Counted from the first letter of the whole stretch, positions 23,128-37,101 are shown. The stretch: DNA of 62,949 bases, filler included, from Rhabdomonas costata (GCA_019059605.1; 47 parts of 47 records of this genome joined end to end with filler, not necessarily neighbours in it), one strand, 5' to 3'. Notes: a model not told the origin generated them from the letters alone. Program-made: numbers and translations.

Positions 23128-26100
23128 CTCTATTCCACTGGAGCATCCCCCACCCTCCTGACCACGTGCCAAAGGCATTGCTATTGTCGAGGCCTTTGTG
23201 CCTCCAGCGGGTTTGTCGAATGGTCTGCCTGGTCGCTTCTCGGGAGACGGATCACCCCTGTGCCTGTGCGGCTGGGCGGAGGATCTTGGGAAACCTCAGT
23301 AGCGCAGGAAACCGCGGTTCTAGCTCCAATTGCAGGACTTCTTCTGCAGGACTTTTGTTTGACTTTCCCTCAGATGGAGCGATGTTCCCCGGAGGAAAGT
23401 TGGTGCGAGCGTCATACAGAGAGTGTGTTGCGTGAACGCGGAGGTGGAAATAACCACTCTGCCCGTTTCCCGTATATTGCAACCAAGTCGATTAACCGCA
23501 ACCATCTTATTCCGTCCCTTCTGCAAACAACAAACAACAGTTGCTTGCATTTCGTTTACCCCGGCTCACGCTCCTTTTCACGTCCACAAAAGATTGCTTA
23601 GGGAATGGAGTAGCCTCTGACAGGGAGACAAGGATGATTTCTGGCAAACGCACGTACACACGCACTTTGCGGTGGTTAATTCCAAGGATGGCGGAAGGTG
23701 AAGCTGCTGCAGGTTCTCGCGGATCGTCGTGCAGGCGTGAATATAGGAGGTGCCCAAGTCAAAGCACTGGAAGACGTTCCGGAAAATCTGGGCGTCCGAA
23801 AACACAGCGCAATACTCAGATAGGTCGAGCACACGCAGTGCAACGAACTTTGAATCACCCACCCTCTTCATTTGACATGCCAGTGATACCCCAGGCCGAC
23901 CAATTTCACCGGGGCTAATGAGTGTCAAGGTCCTCCACCATCTTCTTTCTTTCTGCGCAGGCAGGCTGCGCAGCCCCTCGCCCCAAAACCAGAAAATTCA
24001 CACCAGGCTCAATTACGCACATATGGCACATCTCTCTCATCGTCAGCACCACCCCCACNNNNNNNNNNNNNNNNNNNNNNNNNNNNNNNNNNNNNNNNNN
24101 NNTTAATTAATTAANNNNNNNNNNNNNNNNNNNNNNNNNNNNNNNNNNNNNNNNNNNNCTCTCTACCTCCCTCTCACCTTCCACTCATCTCCGTCTTTTT
24201 TAATTTGGTCTCTGACACTTTCTTTCTCTCATTTTCCTTTATTTCCTCTTTCTCTCTCTCCTTGGTTCAGCATTTGTCGGGGAACGTAGTCCCGACCGGC
24301 AAACATTGGTGTGCACCAAGGAACGCATCACTGTAAATTCATGGGATATGGGATGTTTCATATCTTCGCCATATTGGGTAAGATTATTGTATCATCATCA
24401 TCCCATTCTTCCCCCTGGTTAGGAGGCGCTGCCTAGGGCAGAAGAGAAGTGGCGTGGCGGGGGCTGTGGTGGCTCAGCCACCCCCCCTCTCAGCAACTAA
24501 CCACGGGGTAGGAGGCGATGCACCTTCCGTTGGAATTCTGGCCTTTCATTTGCCGCGAGTTGTGAGGCGATGCCAAGAAGGCGAAGCACGTACGGTGTGG
24601 TCGTCGTTGACACACGTTGACTGGGACATCCGGCCACATGTTAAACACATGCAACCGCTACACGTTCTCGTTGGCGGCCTAATTCCACGTCGTCGTATGT
24701 CGTAGATAATGTGATGACAGGGGGTTAGGAGGCGGAGCCCCATTCCCCAGCAACTTACATCGGGTTAGGGGGCATTGCACCTTCAACACCAACCAAGGGA
24801 GGGGGTGCTTCAGCCGAACTGCTGGGGGGTGGGTGCCATAGCCGAACTATTGCCTACTATGGAAGATTTCCGGAATGTTCCGAAACTTGATGTTGGCGTG
24901 ACGGTAATTGAACGACGATGCACATATGGCATGCATTTTTCTTCGTAGTTTTTTTTGTGTGTCCCAGGTGCATTTTGAACTGTCGTGTGGACCCAGCAGC
25001 CGAAAACGCAAAAGATGTGGCCCAACAACCAACAAAGGCGTTTATACAAGATAAAAAGGCGTCGAATGGAAAACCTTTGTCTGAGTTTTTGGATGCAACG
25101 TTATTCTTTTTATAACACAGAGGGGATGAGAGGGTATAGGAATAATAGGAAGGGAAGGATTTACCCAAAAATATTGCATGACACGCACAAGGCGCTGTGA
25201 TCTCACGCATCTCCAGTTTCTTCGTTGGCTTGCCGGCGTCATTACTCTGTCAGCGTTTTATTGCTCGGGATGGGGATGGGCACCGGATTCGAGTGAAAGG
25301 CTTGCAGGGCGATGGAAGGCCTCCAGCAGTTTAATGGTATCATAATAAGTGTTCCGGCAAGTCTTTCACTCGAATCCGGTGCCCAACACCAAACTCTAAA
25401 NNNNNNNNNNNNNNNNNNNNNNNNNNNNNNNNNNNNNNNNNNNNTTAATTAATTAANNNNNNNNNNNNNNNNNNNNNNNNNNNNNNNNNNNNNNNNNNNN
25501 GTGGGGGGTGCGTTTTTCTATCTGAGAAGGAAACATGTTTGATTGATTTGGTTGGTCGTTGGCTGTGTGTTGTGCATACATGGCACCGTGGGTGGATGCA
25601 GTGGTTCGGAATGTGATGGATCCTCAGAGAGGGGAGAGTATATCGTATTACGGTCCCCACAGCAAGCGCTCTGTTCTTTCTGGTACTTTCAGGCATTGTT
25701 CATGGGAATCCTTGATGCTGTTTGTAAGCAATTGTGTACATGGCGACTAATAGCAAAGTCACACGTCCGTGCACTTGCACCTCTCCGGCCCACGGGGTTC
25801 GTCAAGACTTTGTGTGGGGGCCAGGTCGCACAAGGAAAAGTAAAAGAAGAGCCAAATTTTGGCAAAAAACCAAAAATTCAGAGTCTCGCCGTGCAGGTAT
25901 CCAAGGAAGTTTTAATGACGTGAACGCACTGGCTTCGAAAATGCTGACAAGCCTCAACTACTTTGGGAGCATGCTGAAGGTGACGGACATGAAAAGACTT
26001 GGCCTTTTTCAATCCGTATTTTCGGGATCTGATGTCTGTGCATTCTCCTGTGTGGAAAAAACACTTCAAACTACTTTCATCAGCTTTCTTCTTGTGGGGC

Positions 26101-26408
26101 TTTTTCGGCCCGGGGAAAATGCGAATAAATATTTATCAGATTCCGAGAAAGAAACTTCTTAAGAGCTCCCTTACAGCGACAGGTTTTCATAAGTGGGGCC
26201 AGGTTCGCTAGTTTTTCTTTTTGCTTGCACAGCCCGAACTGGCATCCCAGGAGCATCCAGAGCCTTTGAGCTGATCTGTATCGTGTTGTTTTTCTGCCGC
26301 CACTCTGGTGCCTATCTCAATGCGGTGTCATTTCTGAAGAGTGCAACTCCTTTATCAGCTTTTTTCCTCCATCACCACATTGTCGCTCCAGTCTCCCCGG
26401 TGTTGAAC

Positions 26409-26740
26409 ATGTCTTACCTCGACGAGAGTATGAATGAGCCCATAATGGGCCTCAAGATGGACGACAAGTTCGAGCCCCGCTACCGACAGGCCATGGAGGT
26501 GGCCTCGTTTGTGCTGCAGGTCCCCATGCCCACCCTGCAGAGAAGTCCGAAGTACAAAGAGCTTCGGGCGCGCGTGGTCCAGTTCGCGCTCAGCCAGCAG
26601 GATCACAACAACTTCCTCAGCGGCCTGGCCACGACCATGCTGGTCTCCGCCCTCCTCCTCACCATCGCCGCGGCGCTGCTGCTGAACCCGCCAGGGTTCG
26701 CGTCCTTCTCAGACAGCTCCCCGCCCTCCTCCGATTCCCC
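26409..26740 (+). CDS. 5' part of a membrane protein with a PGG-like helix
   Basis: ATG at 26409 with high GC3. The hydrophobic TMLVSALLLTIAAALLLNPPG resembles the first helix of PGG domains. Runs off the contig end. Confidence 0.6.
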
Positions 26741-27092
26741 NNNNNNNNNNNNNNNNNNNNNNNNNNNNNNNNNNNNNNNNNNNNTTAATTAATTAANNNN
26801 NNNNNNNNNNNNNNNNNNNNNNNNNNNNNNNNNNNNNNNNGTGTGGGTGTTATTTTCCTAAAGGGGTTGGGCAGGGTGTTCCACTGCCCCTTCGATATTT
26901 TCGACCATTTAACGGTGTTAAATGTTTGACGCCCGGTGTAAGGAGCGGATGCAGGAGGGTTGCTGTTTTATTAGAATGACGAAGCTACCCCTTCACGTCG
27001 AATTAAGTTGGTTTTCGTGCAAAGGTGAGTCTGTCGAGCAGAACTGCGCTGGATATGTCGTAATGTCATGGACCTGTCTATCCTCGTTTTAG

Positions 27093-27352
27093 CCGGGTAT
27101 GAGGTGAAGACCATCGGGGACAGCTTCTTCGTCGCCTTTGGGGACCCCAACGAGGCCATCCGCTTCGCGGTGCACCTGCAGCAGGAGATGCTGCTGGCGC
27201 CGTGGCCGGCTTCCTTGCTGGCCCTTCCGGAGTGTGCGGAGGAGCGCAGCGCCACCACAGGGCGACTGCTGTGGCGCGGGATGAGAGTGCGGGTTGGGGT
27301 GCACGTTGGGATAGCCCGACTAGAGATCAACCGCGAGACTTTGAAGGTTGAC
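27093..27352 (+). CDS. Class III adenylate cyclase catalytic-domain exon (euglenozoan receptor-AC/fungal-like type)
   Basis: GYEVKTIGDSFFVAF...A.HLQ..ML.APWP...LLWRGMRVRVGVHVG. AG at 27091-27092 and GT at 27353. Confidence 0.95.
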
Positions 27353-27404
27353 GTGTGTGTGTGTGTGTGTGTGTGCTTGCATGCGCGCGTGCGCGCGCGC
27401 GCGC
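27353..27404. repeat. (GT)n then (GC)n alternating purine-pyrimidine tract starting at a splice donor
   Basis: GT repeats at 27353-27375, then GC/GT repeats to 27404. Confidence 0.9.
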
Positions 27405-30400
27405 TTTGTCAGGGAGAGTCAACGAGGGCCTGCCTGATTTCTCAGCAAGGGTTCTCTTGCATGTACATCGATTACATTCCAAAAACCGCATTGGATGCAT
27501 AGAAGTCGGGCAGATCAACCTCCCCTCCCAGACCACCACTGAATTCTGGAGTCCCCGCCGAGCCCCCAAGATGCCAATTCCTGGTATGCCATCGCACTAC
27601 AGGCGTTTCGTTAGGGTAAGCCGTCTGTCAACCCTCCCTCCCCTGCATTTGCTTTTTATTGGATGTGTTTTTGCATTCTTGAGCAAATAAAAGCGATGCA
27701 TGGCGTTTCCGATCGTCGCATGCACTTCTTCCCACGTATGACCGCAGAGCCAGAACCCTGTGGGGGCAAACTGCACTGACTCGACAATGGGTGGGGCGTT
27801 TTTCTCGACCCCTGAGGGCCCTGTTGTTAGCCAGTGGCCAGCTTGCCACCGTGGAGCCCATGCCCCACACTTTACGCGGCACACAGAAGTCCACCTGGCA
27901 AGGAACTATCAGAGAATCCGGACGTCCACTTCGCATCGCACAGCGGACGTCATACCCTGCCCATATGCACATCACAGGTAGCGCTGGCTGCACGCGCTCA
28001 ATACGCCCGTGCATCCCCAAGTACACGAGTACAGAAGACAGGGGATCACCAGAAGACTAATACATCACCACCACCCCCCACANNNNNNNNNNNNNNNNNN
28101 NNNNNNNNNNNNNNNNNNNNNNNNNNTTAATTAATTAANNNNNNNNNNNNNNNNNNNNNNNNNNNNNNNNNNNNNNNNNNNNGGTGGGGCCACTACTTTG
28201 GTACAGTTTGCGCTTGGTTTTTTGTGGAACTTTGGGTTGCATGTTCTGTCAGGTTCTTTTGGGGCTTATTTCCGGTGCATTCCACCTTTTGTGGAGTGTA
28301 TTATATGTGCATAGTCTACTGTATAGATGCACACGAATTTATTGATTGTATGAATCTCCCACTGTGGGAGCAGCGAAGGCTGCTGAAAGTATCCTGCCGC
28401 GTTTTTGCTCCCGCTGGAAGCCAAAGCACATCTGTTTTTTTGGCAGCGTGGAGCCGCTGTCCCCGTATTTTGGTGCCTACCACTGAGTGATGATTCAGGC
28501 TATGTCGATTTTGGTATCCCCTGCCATTGGCCCCCAGCCCTTGCTAATTAGACTGATTTCGGATTCTGCTTTTTGAATCAGTGCCAAGCATGTGCTGTCC
28601 GTTTATTGACTGCAGCTGCCATGAGCACAACTGGGAAGCCGAGGGAAAGATGGGTGCTTCCAGACAACGTGGCCCCAGGAGCGCTGATGTCTGGGAAATC
28701 CACCTAACCAATCTAACCACCGTGTGCTCGGAAAGCAACCTTGCTCGTTCGCTTTGTGTGCTTTCTGACGGTCTCGGGGTCCTGCGCCGTGAACCCTTGG
28801 TCCTCAGCCGTGTAAACGTCATTGTGGCAATGGTTCGAGGAGCTTGCCCCTATCCGACTGGTGCGCAAATTTCGCTACCTGTCCCGCATTTTCCGGATGA
28901 CCTTAATTAATGGAATAAGGGTTCCTTGAAAAGGGCGCCACGTGTGCCCCATGCCGAGAGCGTTCTGGCCCTGCGATCGATGGGTTTGCGTCCCTGCCAT
29001 CCGGGCGCCCGAAAGCCGCGCACGCAAGAAAAGCAGCGGGTGGCGGCAGGGAGAAGGCAGAGGCACGCCCAGAAACACACCCACAACCACCTTGCCAAAA
29101 AGGCGGCGGGAGGGACCTGCACAGGGACAAGCCCTGGCCACTCCCTGTTTTCCGAGCCGCTTCCCTTGCATATTAGGGTGTTTTTTGTTGCCGGAGGCTG
29201 GTTTTTATATCGGACACCCATCTGCAAAAGCCTGTTTGCTCTCCTCGCCCTTTTGGGTTGTCAAACGCTTATTGAAAACAACATTGCCCACCACATTACT
29301 GCCATAGCGTGCCCACCATTCTTATTCCCATTCATTTCCATCCGTCTCCGCCCTCCATCTCCTTCGTTTGCCCTCGCCTAACCACCCTTTTGGCCCAACC
29401 CGCCATGGAGCAATCCCCCACAACNNNNNNNNNNNNNNNNNNNNNNNNNNNNNNNNNNNNNNNNNNNNTTAATTAATTAANNNNNNNNNNNNNNNNNNNN
29501 NNNNNNNNNNNNNNNNNNNNNNNNGTGGGTGGGGGGCGAGAAGAACAGGCTGTCGGCAAGTTACAGGGGTGAGATGTCCAGGAGGACAATATCGCGCGGC
29601 ATAGCATTTTGAATACCAGTGGGCGGATAATTCGTATTGGCAGTTCTGCGGTTGATCCTGCAGAAGATGAATGGGGCACGCCAACGGACCAAGACCACTA
29701 ACTCAAAAACTGCTACTCGAATCGATCAATGACAAATGGTCCGCCTATTGGGAGGAAAAGAGTCAAATAATAATTTAAGCCGAGAGAGGCAGACACACAT
29801 GCTCCGCAGCCGCAGTGCTCCCCACCCACCACTTACAAGCTTGATTCACCACCCACTAAGCAGCACCTGCCCACGCGGTGTCCCGCACCAGATACTAACC
29901 AACCGGGCCACCGGACGTTAATTGCGAAGCGTACAACACTCACACTCACGTTTTCTACGCACATGCACAAGCTGAAGACCGCACCGACAGCAAGGCCAGG
30001 TCCAGCCTGGGCACTCCATCCCATGTACCCCAGAGCAGCATGTTGAAGCACCTGAGCTTCTAAAGGCCGCCCCTTCGCAGGGCCACCACCCGATTCCCAG
30101 GCTTACCCCGCACAGGGTTGTGCCCCGGGAAGCCACTGCAGCGACAGATGGCCCCACTTCCATGATATCATCAGCACCATGTACGAGGCGTACACCCCAA
30201 GCAGCCAGAAGGCCAGCCGACGAGGGAGCAACCCACCGTACTTCACCGCGACGAACTGTCGCACCCCACAAACCAACCTCGACCCATTAGCCCGCCCTCA
30301 CTACAACCTCCCTCACCTTTCGCCAATGGCATCTGTGGGGCGAGAAGTAGTTCATTTCCAGTTTTGGCTGGAATGCTTTCTGAACGAGGGATTGAGTTCA

Positions 30401-31313
30401 CGTGCGTGTGCGTGTGTGCGTGAGTGTGCCTGACCCCGGACAGTTTCACGTGTTTTGATTTCGACAGTAACTGCTCTTTTTGGCCGTAGCTGATGTGCGT
30501 GAGCGGCGTTAAGGCTGTAATCAGAGCGCCAGCAGCTACCATGTGTACCATATTCTAGTCCATCTTGTTCTTACTGTGCAAAGGAGAGGGGAGGGGAGGG
30601 GAGGCTGAGACCAGCATCGAGATCAGAGCCACACTGAGCGCGAACAGCGCCAGCGCAGTCTCCTCGCAGAGTGTTACGGGAGGGGTGGAGGCGGGCAAGG
30701 CCAGCCCGCGGTACACGAACCCCAGCCCCAGCCCCACCACAAGGTTGAACTGCTGCACCCCAAAANNNNNNNNNNNNNNNNNNNNNNNNNNNNNNNNNNN
30801 NNNNNNNNNTTAATTAATTAANNNNNNNNNNNNNNNNNNNNNNNNNNNNNNNNNNNNNNNNNNNNTTGTTTTGTGATAAATAACTTTTAGGTACTGTCGC
30901 CACAACAACCCCCCAGCGTCAATGGGCCCCTTCAGTGACGATAGGTTTATTCTCAAACCCATCTCTTAGACCTCTATCACAGGTCTACCAGAAAAATTTC
31001 ACATCGCTACTCACTCCAATAGTTTTTCCAACCCGGCGGGTCAGTTTAGCCTCCTGATTTCAAAGTCATATGGGTACATAGATATTTGTATTTAGCCGGG
31101 ACGCCTGGTACTCTGGTGCGTGCAATGTGCCGTTTCTGAACACTTGCACACTAACCTTAACATCCTGGACTCGGGCACCATGTGAAACCCCATCCATCGC
31201 CAATTGAAAAACTCGGGCCATTCCTTTCTTCTGGAAAGTTTCACTTTATTTGGCATTTGGCGTGGTTAGCGCTGCCGCCGCTGCTGAGAGTGCTGTGTGC
31301 TGTGGGGGCTTAG

Positions 31314-31636
31314 GTATCTCTGAGTGACCGCGTGGAGTTCACCGACCCCAGTGCTACTCAGGGGCCTTCGTGGTGTGCGTGCCTGCGTGCCTGCAGTTGT
31401 GCGTGTGCGTGCATGGAGGGTGTGGGGAGAGGTGGGATGGTGAGGCTCCGCAGCTCTTTGCTGCATTTTCTATTCCTTTTCACAGCACTGTTCACAATTT
31501 GCATGGAAGGAAGGGCGATAACGTAAGGAGCTATACCCCAAAACTCAGAGGAACGTAGGTCAACCATTGAAACCTGGAGTCGCTGGACCCTATATGATCG
31601 CCATCGTCTTCAGCAAGCTGATGCAACGTCGCATCG
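31314..31636 (+). CDS. Two small candidate exons, unknown protein
   Basis: 31314-31372 and 31559-31636 each lie between AG and GT and join in frame (TG|G = Trp), giving VSLSDRVEFTDPSATQGPSWSTIETWSRWTLYDRH. Confidence 0.35.
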
Positions 31637-32435
31637 GTATGATCGTGGGATGCTCATACATACCTGCGTGAAAATCATGTTTCCTGATACGCCAGAGGCG
31701 CGATAATTTTTTTTTTCGAAATTTCCAGCAGCCCCTTGGAATGCTACTGGATGACACGTGAATGTTGTGTGGCATGTGGTGCCGACATGTGGTGTTTCTG
31801 AATAGCAACTTCAAACATTCGAAAAAAATCCCGAGAATTTCTCTGCTCTGATTTTACGGCGTAACGTTCTTGATGGTAAGAGCGGAAAGGATGTCCGTAC
31901 TAGGCTTACTAGTGGAGGGCAAACCCGCAAGCCTATGCACGCTGCTTTCACAGACAAGGGAATAATAATAGGAAGGGAGGGCAAGAAGACAAGAGGAAGG
32001 GGACAAATGCATTTCGTGGTGGTGGTTGGGGCGTTGAACGTCTTGCACTGGTATTGCAAAGCGTCTAGTGGTGCTTAACGTTTGGTTCAAAAAACACCCC
32101 CACACCCNNNNNNNNNNNNNNNNNNNNNNNNNNNNNNNNNNNNNNNNNNNNTTAATTAATTAANNNNNNNNNNNNNNNNNNNNNNNNNNNNNNNNNNNNN
32201 NNNNNNNCGACAAAAAAGGAAAACTTCTTGATTGAGGCATGACTAACCTTGCTAATCCACTGGAGAATCCATAGACTGTAGAGGTCCACGCCAATCACCA
32301 ATGGCAGCGAGCTCCATGAGCGACTCTCCAACCAGAACCTATGCATGTGTTTTACGTGTACGTTTGGGTGACAGTGCGAGCCTGCGAGCTGCTAACATTT
32401 CGTGCAAAAACGGTGGCGCGAGGATACAACTTGCG

Positions 32436-33431
32436 TCAAAAGCCACAGATGGCATCGCAACGAGCAAAATACACCACGTTACACCTGAGCTTGTAGTGGT
32501 TCATCAGCTCCGAAAGTTCAGTCAACAGTGCATCAGTCACAGCTGCAGGTGTGCTCTGCATATTAGCTGCCCAGGGAGTCGGCATCAGCCCTCGAAGGAA
32601 AGACGATTGTGCAGCCGGGCCACCGCGAAAGAGAATTGGTGCGGCGCCCCTCCCCAATCCCACAGTGGTAACTGGCCTGCCCACCATCGAGTAAAAGAAT
32701 CGCCCCAGGAAGGCAAGGTAGGTCCCCGAGGGAACGTGCCGGGGCTCTTCTCGGAAGGGCGGAAACCGCCTCAACGCTGCAGAGGGCGGACCTGCCTCCC
32801 CACACAGGGGCTGCCCCACAGCCACCCACATGTGGGGCTGGCAGGGCTTGACCGTGGGCTGCATCGCAGAGGGAACACTCACGGCACCGATGGGGCGGAT
32901 GGATGAGACCTGGGGGTGTCCGGCTTGTGGTGGGGCTGTGGTGGACATGGCGGTTTGGTTGGCGGGAGCACTGTCGGAGGAGGCGGAGCGGCTGGACGGG
33001 GAGGGCTGCGATTGGTCCGCGGTGGAAGGGCTCCCATCAGTGGAAGAGTGACCGGAGATGGTCGAGGTGTGTGAGAAGGCGGGAACTCCGACCATGGGTT
33101 CGGGAACTGTGATAGGAGTGTTCAATTGGGGCAATGCGACACGGTCAGCGGAGGCCGACGACGCAGTCGACGGTGGTGGTGGCGGAAAAACGGTGGGAAT
33201 GAGTGACACCCGCTTCTGTGATGAGAGGGTGGGGTTCTGGTTGAGCTCTGTGGCCTCGAATACGTGCAAAGCCGTATTGGAAGAGAACCTATCCAAAATG
33301 ACGTGCTCCGCTGGTGGCACGATCTTGACAGTGGTCTCTACGTATGTGTCTCCCCAAAAGAGGACAGTAACAACCCAAAACAAGGGCAGCAACACGTAGG
33401 AAAAGTACGGTCCATGTATGATGAGTGTCAT
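32436..33431 (-). CDS. Long ORF, unknown Ser/Pro-rich protein
   Basis: 331 codons open, with a hydrophobic N-terminal segment and a Ser/Pro-rich middle. No family recognised and exon limits unclear. Confidence 0.35.
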   Translation of the reverse strand: MTLIIHGPYFSYVLLPLFWVVTVLFWGDTYVETTVKIVPPAEHVILDRFSSNTALHVFEATELNQNPTLSSQKRVSLIPTVFPPPPPSTASSASADRVALPQLNTPITVPEPMVGVPAFSHTSTISGHSSTDGSPSTADQSQPSPSSRSASSDSAPANQTAMSTTAPPQAGHPQVSSIRPIGAVSVPSAMQPTVKPCQPHMWVAVGQPLCGEAGPPSAALRRFPPFREEPRHVPSGTYLAFLGRFFYSMVGRPVTTVGLGRGAAPILFRGGPAAQSSFLRGLMPTPWAANMQSTPAAVTDALLTELSELMNHYKLRCNVVYFARCDAICGF

Positions 33432-34115
33432 CCTTACCAGGACGAAAACNNNNNNNNNNNNNNNNNNNNNNNNNNNNNNNNNNNNNNNNNNNNTTAATTA
33501 ATTAANNNNNNNNNNNNNNNNNNNNNNNNNNNNNNNNNNNNNNNNNNNNCTACTGGGAGGGTCAGAGCGCGTGGAGGGGGGGGGGCGGTGCCTGGTGACG
33601 TGGCTGTACAGCACAGAGCTCTCCGTGAACTGCCTCCCCACAGTGATGGTGGGCTCTCGGGGGGTAATCTTCACCGCCGCCTGCTGTCCCTTGGTCAGCA
33701 CCTGCCTCTCCTTTGAGTTTGGGTGGTTGGGTTGGTTGGGGTGTGCTGACGAAGCAATGCATTCAGAAATGTCACAAAAGAAAACGGAACTGCCCAATGT
33801 TCACATGCATTTAGGAGAAAAATGCCAAGCGTAAAGAAGCGTTCGCTGCTCGTTTCCTTCCGCATTCGATTTTGTCCTTCGTGTCAATGAGCCCAAGCGG
33901 TCGGTGTAAGCCACGAAATCCAGGGTTTGGGTGAAGGGGGGGGGGTCAATTCTGTATCGCCCCAAAAACGCATGAAGCTGTGAGAATGTCCTCGCTGGAT
34001 GGGTCCCAAGAAGGACTCAGCAAAACGCTTGCCCATTGGCTTGGCCAAGAGGAAGCAGTTATCAAACATTCTCACAGTTACTGCAATCGGAGGATGTGGT
34101 GGCTGGTGAACAAGA

Positions 34116-34172
34116 GTGTGGTAACGCAGACGTCGATGCTCAATGGTGTGGTAACGCAGACGTCGATGCTCA
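34116..34172. repeat. 30-bp-period tandem duplication
   Basis: GTGTGGTAACGCAGACGTCGATGCTCA at 34116 and 34146. Confidence 0.95.
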
Positions 34173-36762
34173 TCTCTAAATACGCTTCGTACGAAGAGAT
34201 CAGATATGGTAAACCCACTCCCACTTGCTCGGATGTCATTGTCATTGGTCGAAACCCATCCAGACTTGACACCACCAGCCATCAGGGGAGAAAAGGGGTG
34301 GGAAGACCTGATGCTCCACTTCAATTGAAGCTGCCTTACCAATGATAAAGGCAGACTTGTCCTCCTGAAAGGGTAACGAAAGGTGAGAAGGGTGGCCGTC
34401 CAACACACTCATCAGAGTTAGTCCAACGCCATGGTGCCATGGTGTGAGGCTTAGAAGCGTCCAACCATTCATGCTGGAGCACTCATCAATCATCAGTCCT
34501 CACCGGCAAGGAGAAATCTTGACTCTCAGGATGTTTGTCCTCCAGTCTGGCACCGGGTCCCACACACAACTCTGATGTGGTTAGTGTGACACTCCGGCTT
34601 CGGCCTCCACCATCTGGGACCGCTGCACGGGGAGGGACGTGGTCAAACTTTTGAGCATGTCTAGGTCACATTGTGAAAGTTTGTTTCTTCTTCACCAGTG
34701 GAAGAGAAGGAAGGAAAGCGAAAGCAGACCAGGATGGTGCAGAGCGGGGTGCCTAACCGGAGCACCCCAGTGACGACCTCCACCACCACCNNNNNNNNNN
34801 NNNNNNNNNNNNNNNNNNNNNNNNNNNNNNNNNNTTAATTAATTAANNNNNNNNNNNNNNNNNNNNNNNNNNNNNNNNNNNNNNNNNNNNGTTGGGCATC
34901 TCAGAACTTCTAGAGGCTACAAACCCAACCGGACGGGGAATGAGTACGGATACAGGATATCTGTGTACATTGTGGGGGAGGAAGTGCACGCCTTTCTGCT
35001 CTATACACTTACAGAGGCCCAAAGCCCCAAAGGGCAATGCAGCCAACGCGCTTTCGAGAAACCACCCCAAGCCAAGCAGCAAACAGACACAGTCATGCTG
35101 CCAGGCTTACCTTGTACCCTTTTGTGAACCTTCCCGAGACCAGAGCTCAGAAAACAGAGGGTGGGGGGAAGAGGAAGGTGGTATCGTCTGCGCTGCTGTA
35201 GGGAAGGCAGGCGACGTGAAAGCTCTGGAACCCTTCGGCAGCGCCGTTGTGGGGGAGAATGCACTGCGGCAAAATCCGGGAAAACGCAAAGAGGGAGCGA
35301 ACGTTCCAGGTGGAGAAACATAAGCAGAGCCAAAAACCAGCGGCACACGAAAAAGCCAAACCAATGCAAAGAAAAAAGACAATGAGCCATGGGAGCTGCT
35401 GCAAATCAGTTAGGATAGAAGGAACCACGTCCGCTGACGCCGAGTAAGTCGGGAAGAGGGGGCGCCGGTTGTGTCTTGTCAACGCGGCCAGGTGTGCGCG
35501 TGAGCTGACGGGAGGGGGAAGGGGCTCTGCGGACTGGTATTATTCTTGGGACTTTTGTTCGGCCTTGGGGCGGTAGCGGTCCGGCACCTCCTCCCGGGAC
35601 CACAGCGCCCTCCACCGCGCCCCACAGCAGTAGCACACGAAGTGGCTGACCCCCTGTTCAAGCCCAGGCATTTTCCCAGGGCATTTCAACGAGCCATACA
35701 TTTCGGGGAAAATGAGATTGGGGAAACAAAAAGATGGGAGACCTTTTTCCATACCCAAATTTTCCCTGGCCACTTTCCATGCCACTTTCCACCTTTTTGT
35801 CCCACCTGAATTTTTCCCCTCCTGAAATTTCCTCTTCTCGTCTCGTTCCATCCCAAAAGCGCGCAAAACGCTTGACCAAGCTGGGTTCGTCCGAAGAGAC
35901 ACACACAAAACGCTACGTGCGGATCACCTCCTCACTATAATGGATGGATTGCCAGGTTCAGGTGTCTTTGTGTGTCCTTTGAGTACTTCTGGTGCGTGGA
36001 AGGTCACAAGGGATACAAACGAATTCTGAAGTACTCAGCTGTTTGTCCAGATTAGTTTCGAGACGTCCTCTTTTGCTCTCTGGATTCTCACCTGCTTGGC
36101 AAAAAAACACATTCACACAACAAGAATTCAGNNNNNNNNNNNNNNNNNNNNNNNNNNNNNNNNNNNNNNNNNNNNTTAATTAATTAANNNNNNNNNNNNN
36201 NNNNNNNNNNNNNNNNNNNNNNNNNNNNNNNTTGTTTTGGTGGGCGCTGCAATACCTTTTTCGGCGTCGTGCTGACACCTTGGAAGCGGAACCAAGAAAT
36301 GAGCGACAGTAATTTACCGACAGTAATTTGAAACCACGCCTCTCTCTTGCAGCGATTCGCTGTCCTCGTCGAGGCTTTTAGCTCCAGCGCCCATCTCTTT
36401 CTCTGCTCCGCGGTCCCTCCTCCCACGTCCTTCCCTGAGCAGACCTCTGTTTATTTTTGGATCAGACTGCGCATTTCACTATAACGTTTGGTATTCAAAA
36501 AAGCTTTTGATCAAAGGCATTGCTTGTTTGCCTGTGAAAATTGCCTGTTAACCTGTGAATGTTGTGCCCCTTCCCTTCCTTCTTGTGAGTTGCAACACCG
36601 TTTTCCCTTCTCGCCGCAACCCTGAAGTTTTGTGTTGTGGCTGAGGGTGAGGATTAATTATGCATGTTTTGTAACGCTACACAGCGCTGCGAAATTTGTA
36701 AGGTTTTGGTCGGTCGGGTGATGTGGAGCAACGGTATGCATTTTATGCACCTTCCCTGCCAG

Positions 36763-37101
36763 GAGGCTGTGGACTACTTCCATCGCCTTGGTCTGGAGCG
36801 CACCCGAGAGCGCGAGCTAGCCTTCGCCTTCCTGGAGGAGTACTCCGCCCCCGTGGCTCAGCTTGCTCTGGAAACCCTGGAGAGCCTCGGCTGGTACCTC
36901 CTCTGCCACGAGCACGAGCTCCTAGCGCAAGAGTACTCCGCGCGGCACACCGACCTCCTCTCCGCGGAAGCACTGCAGTGGGAAGTCTTGGGCATTACCC
37001 TCGCGGAGTCCCTTGAGCGGCTGCAGGTCACCACAGAGGCGGACGCCGAGGTCAGGCTAGCGTATGACCAGACCCTGGGGGTGGCCCTGCAGGATGAGCT
37101 G
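36763..37101 (+). CDS. Exon of an alpha-helical Glu/Leu-rich protein
   Basis: 113 codons between CAG (36760-36762) and GT (37102), with high GC3 and helical periodicity. Confidence 0.65.

Noticed and set aside
29960-30760. Hydrophobic minus-strand segments that may be exons of a membrane protein
   Set aside because: I could not establish consistent splice phases or a family.
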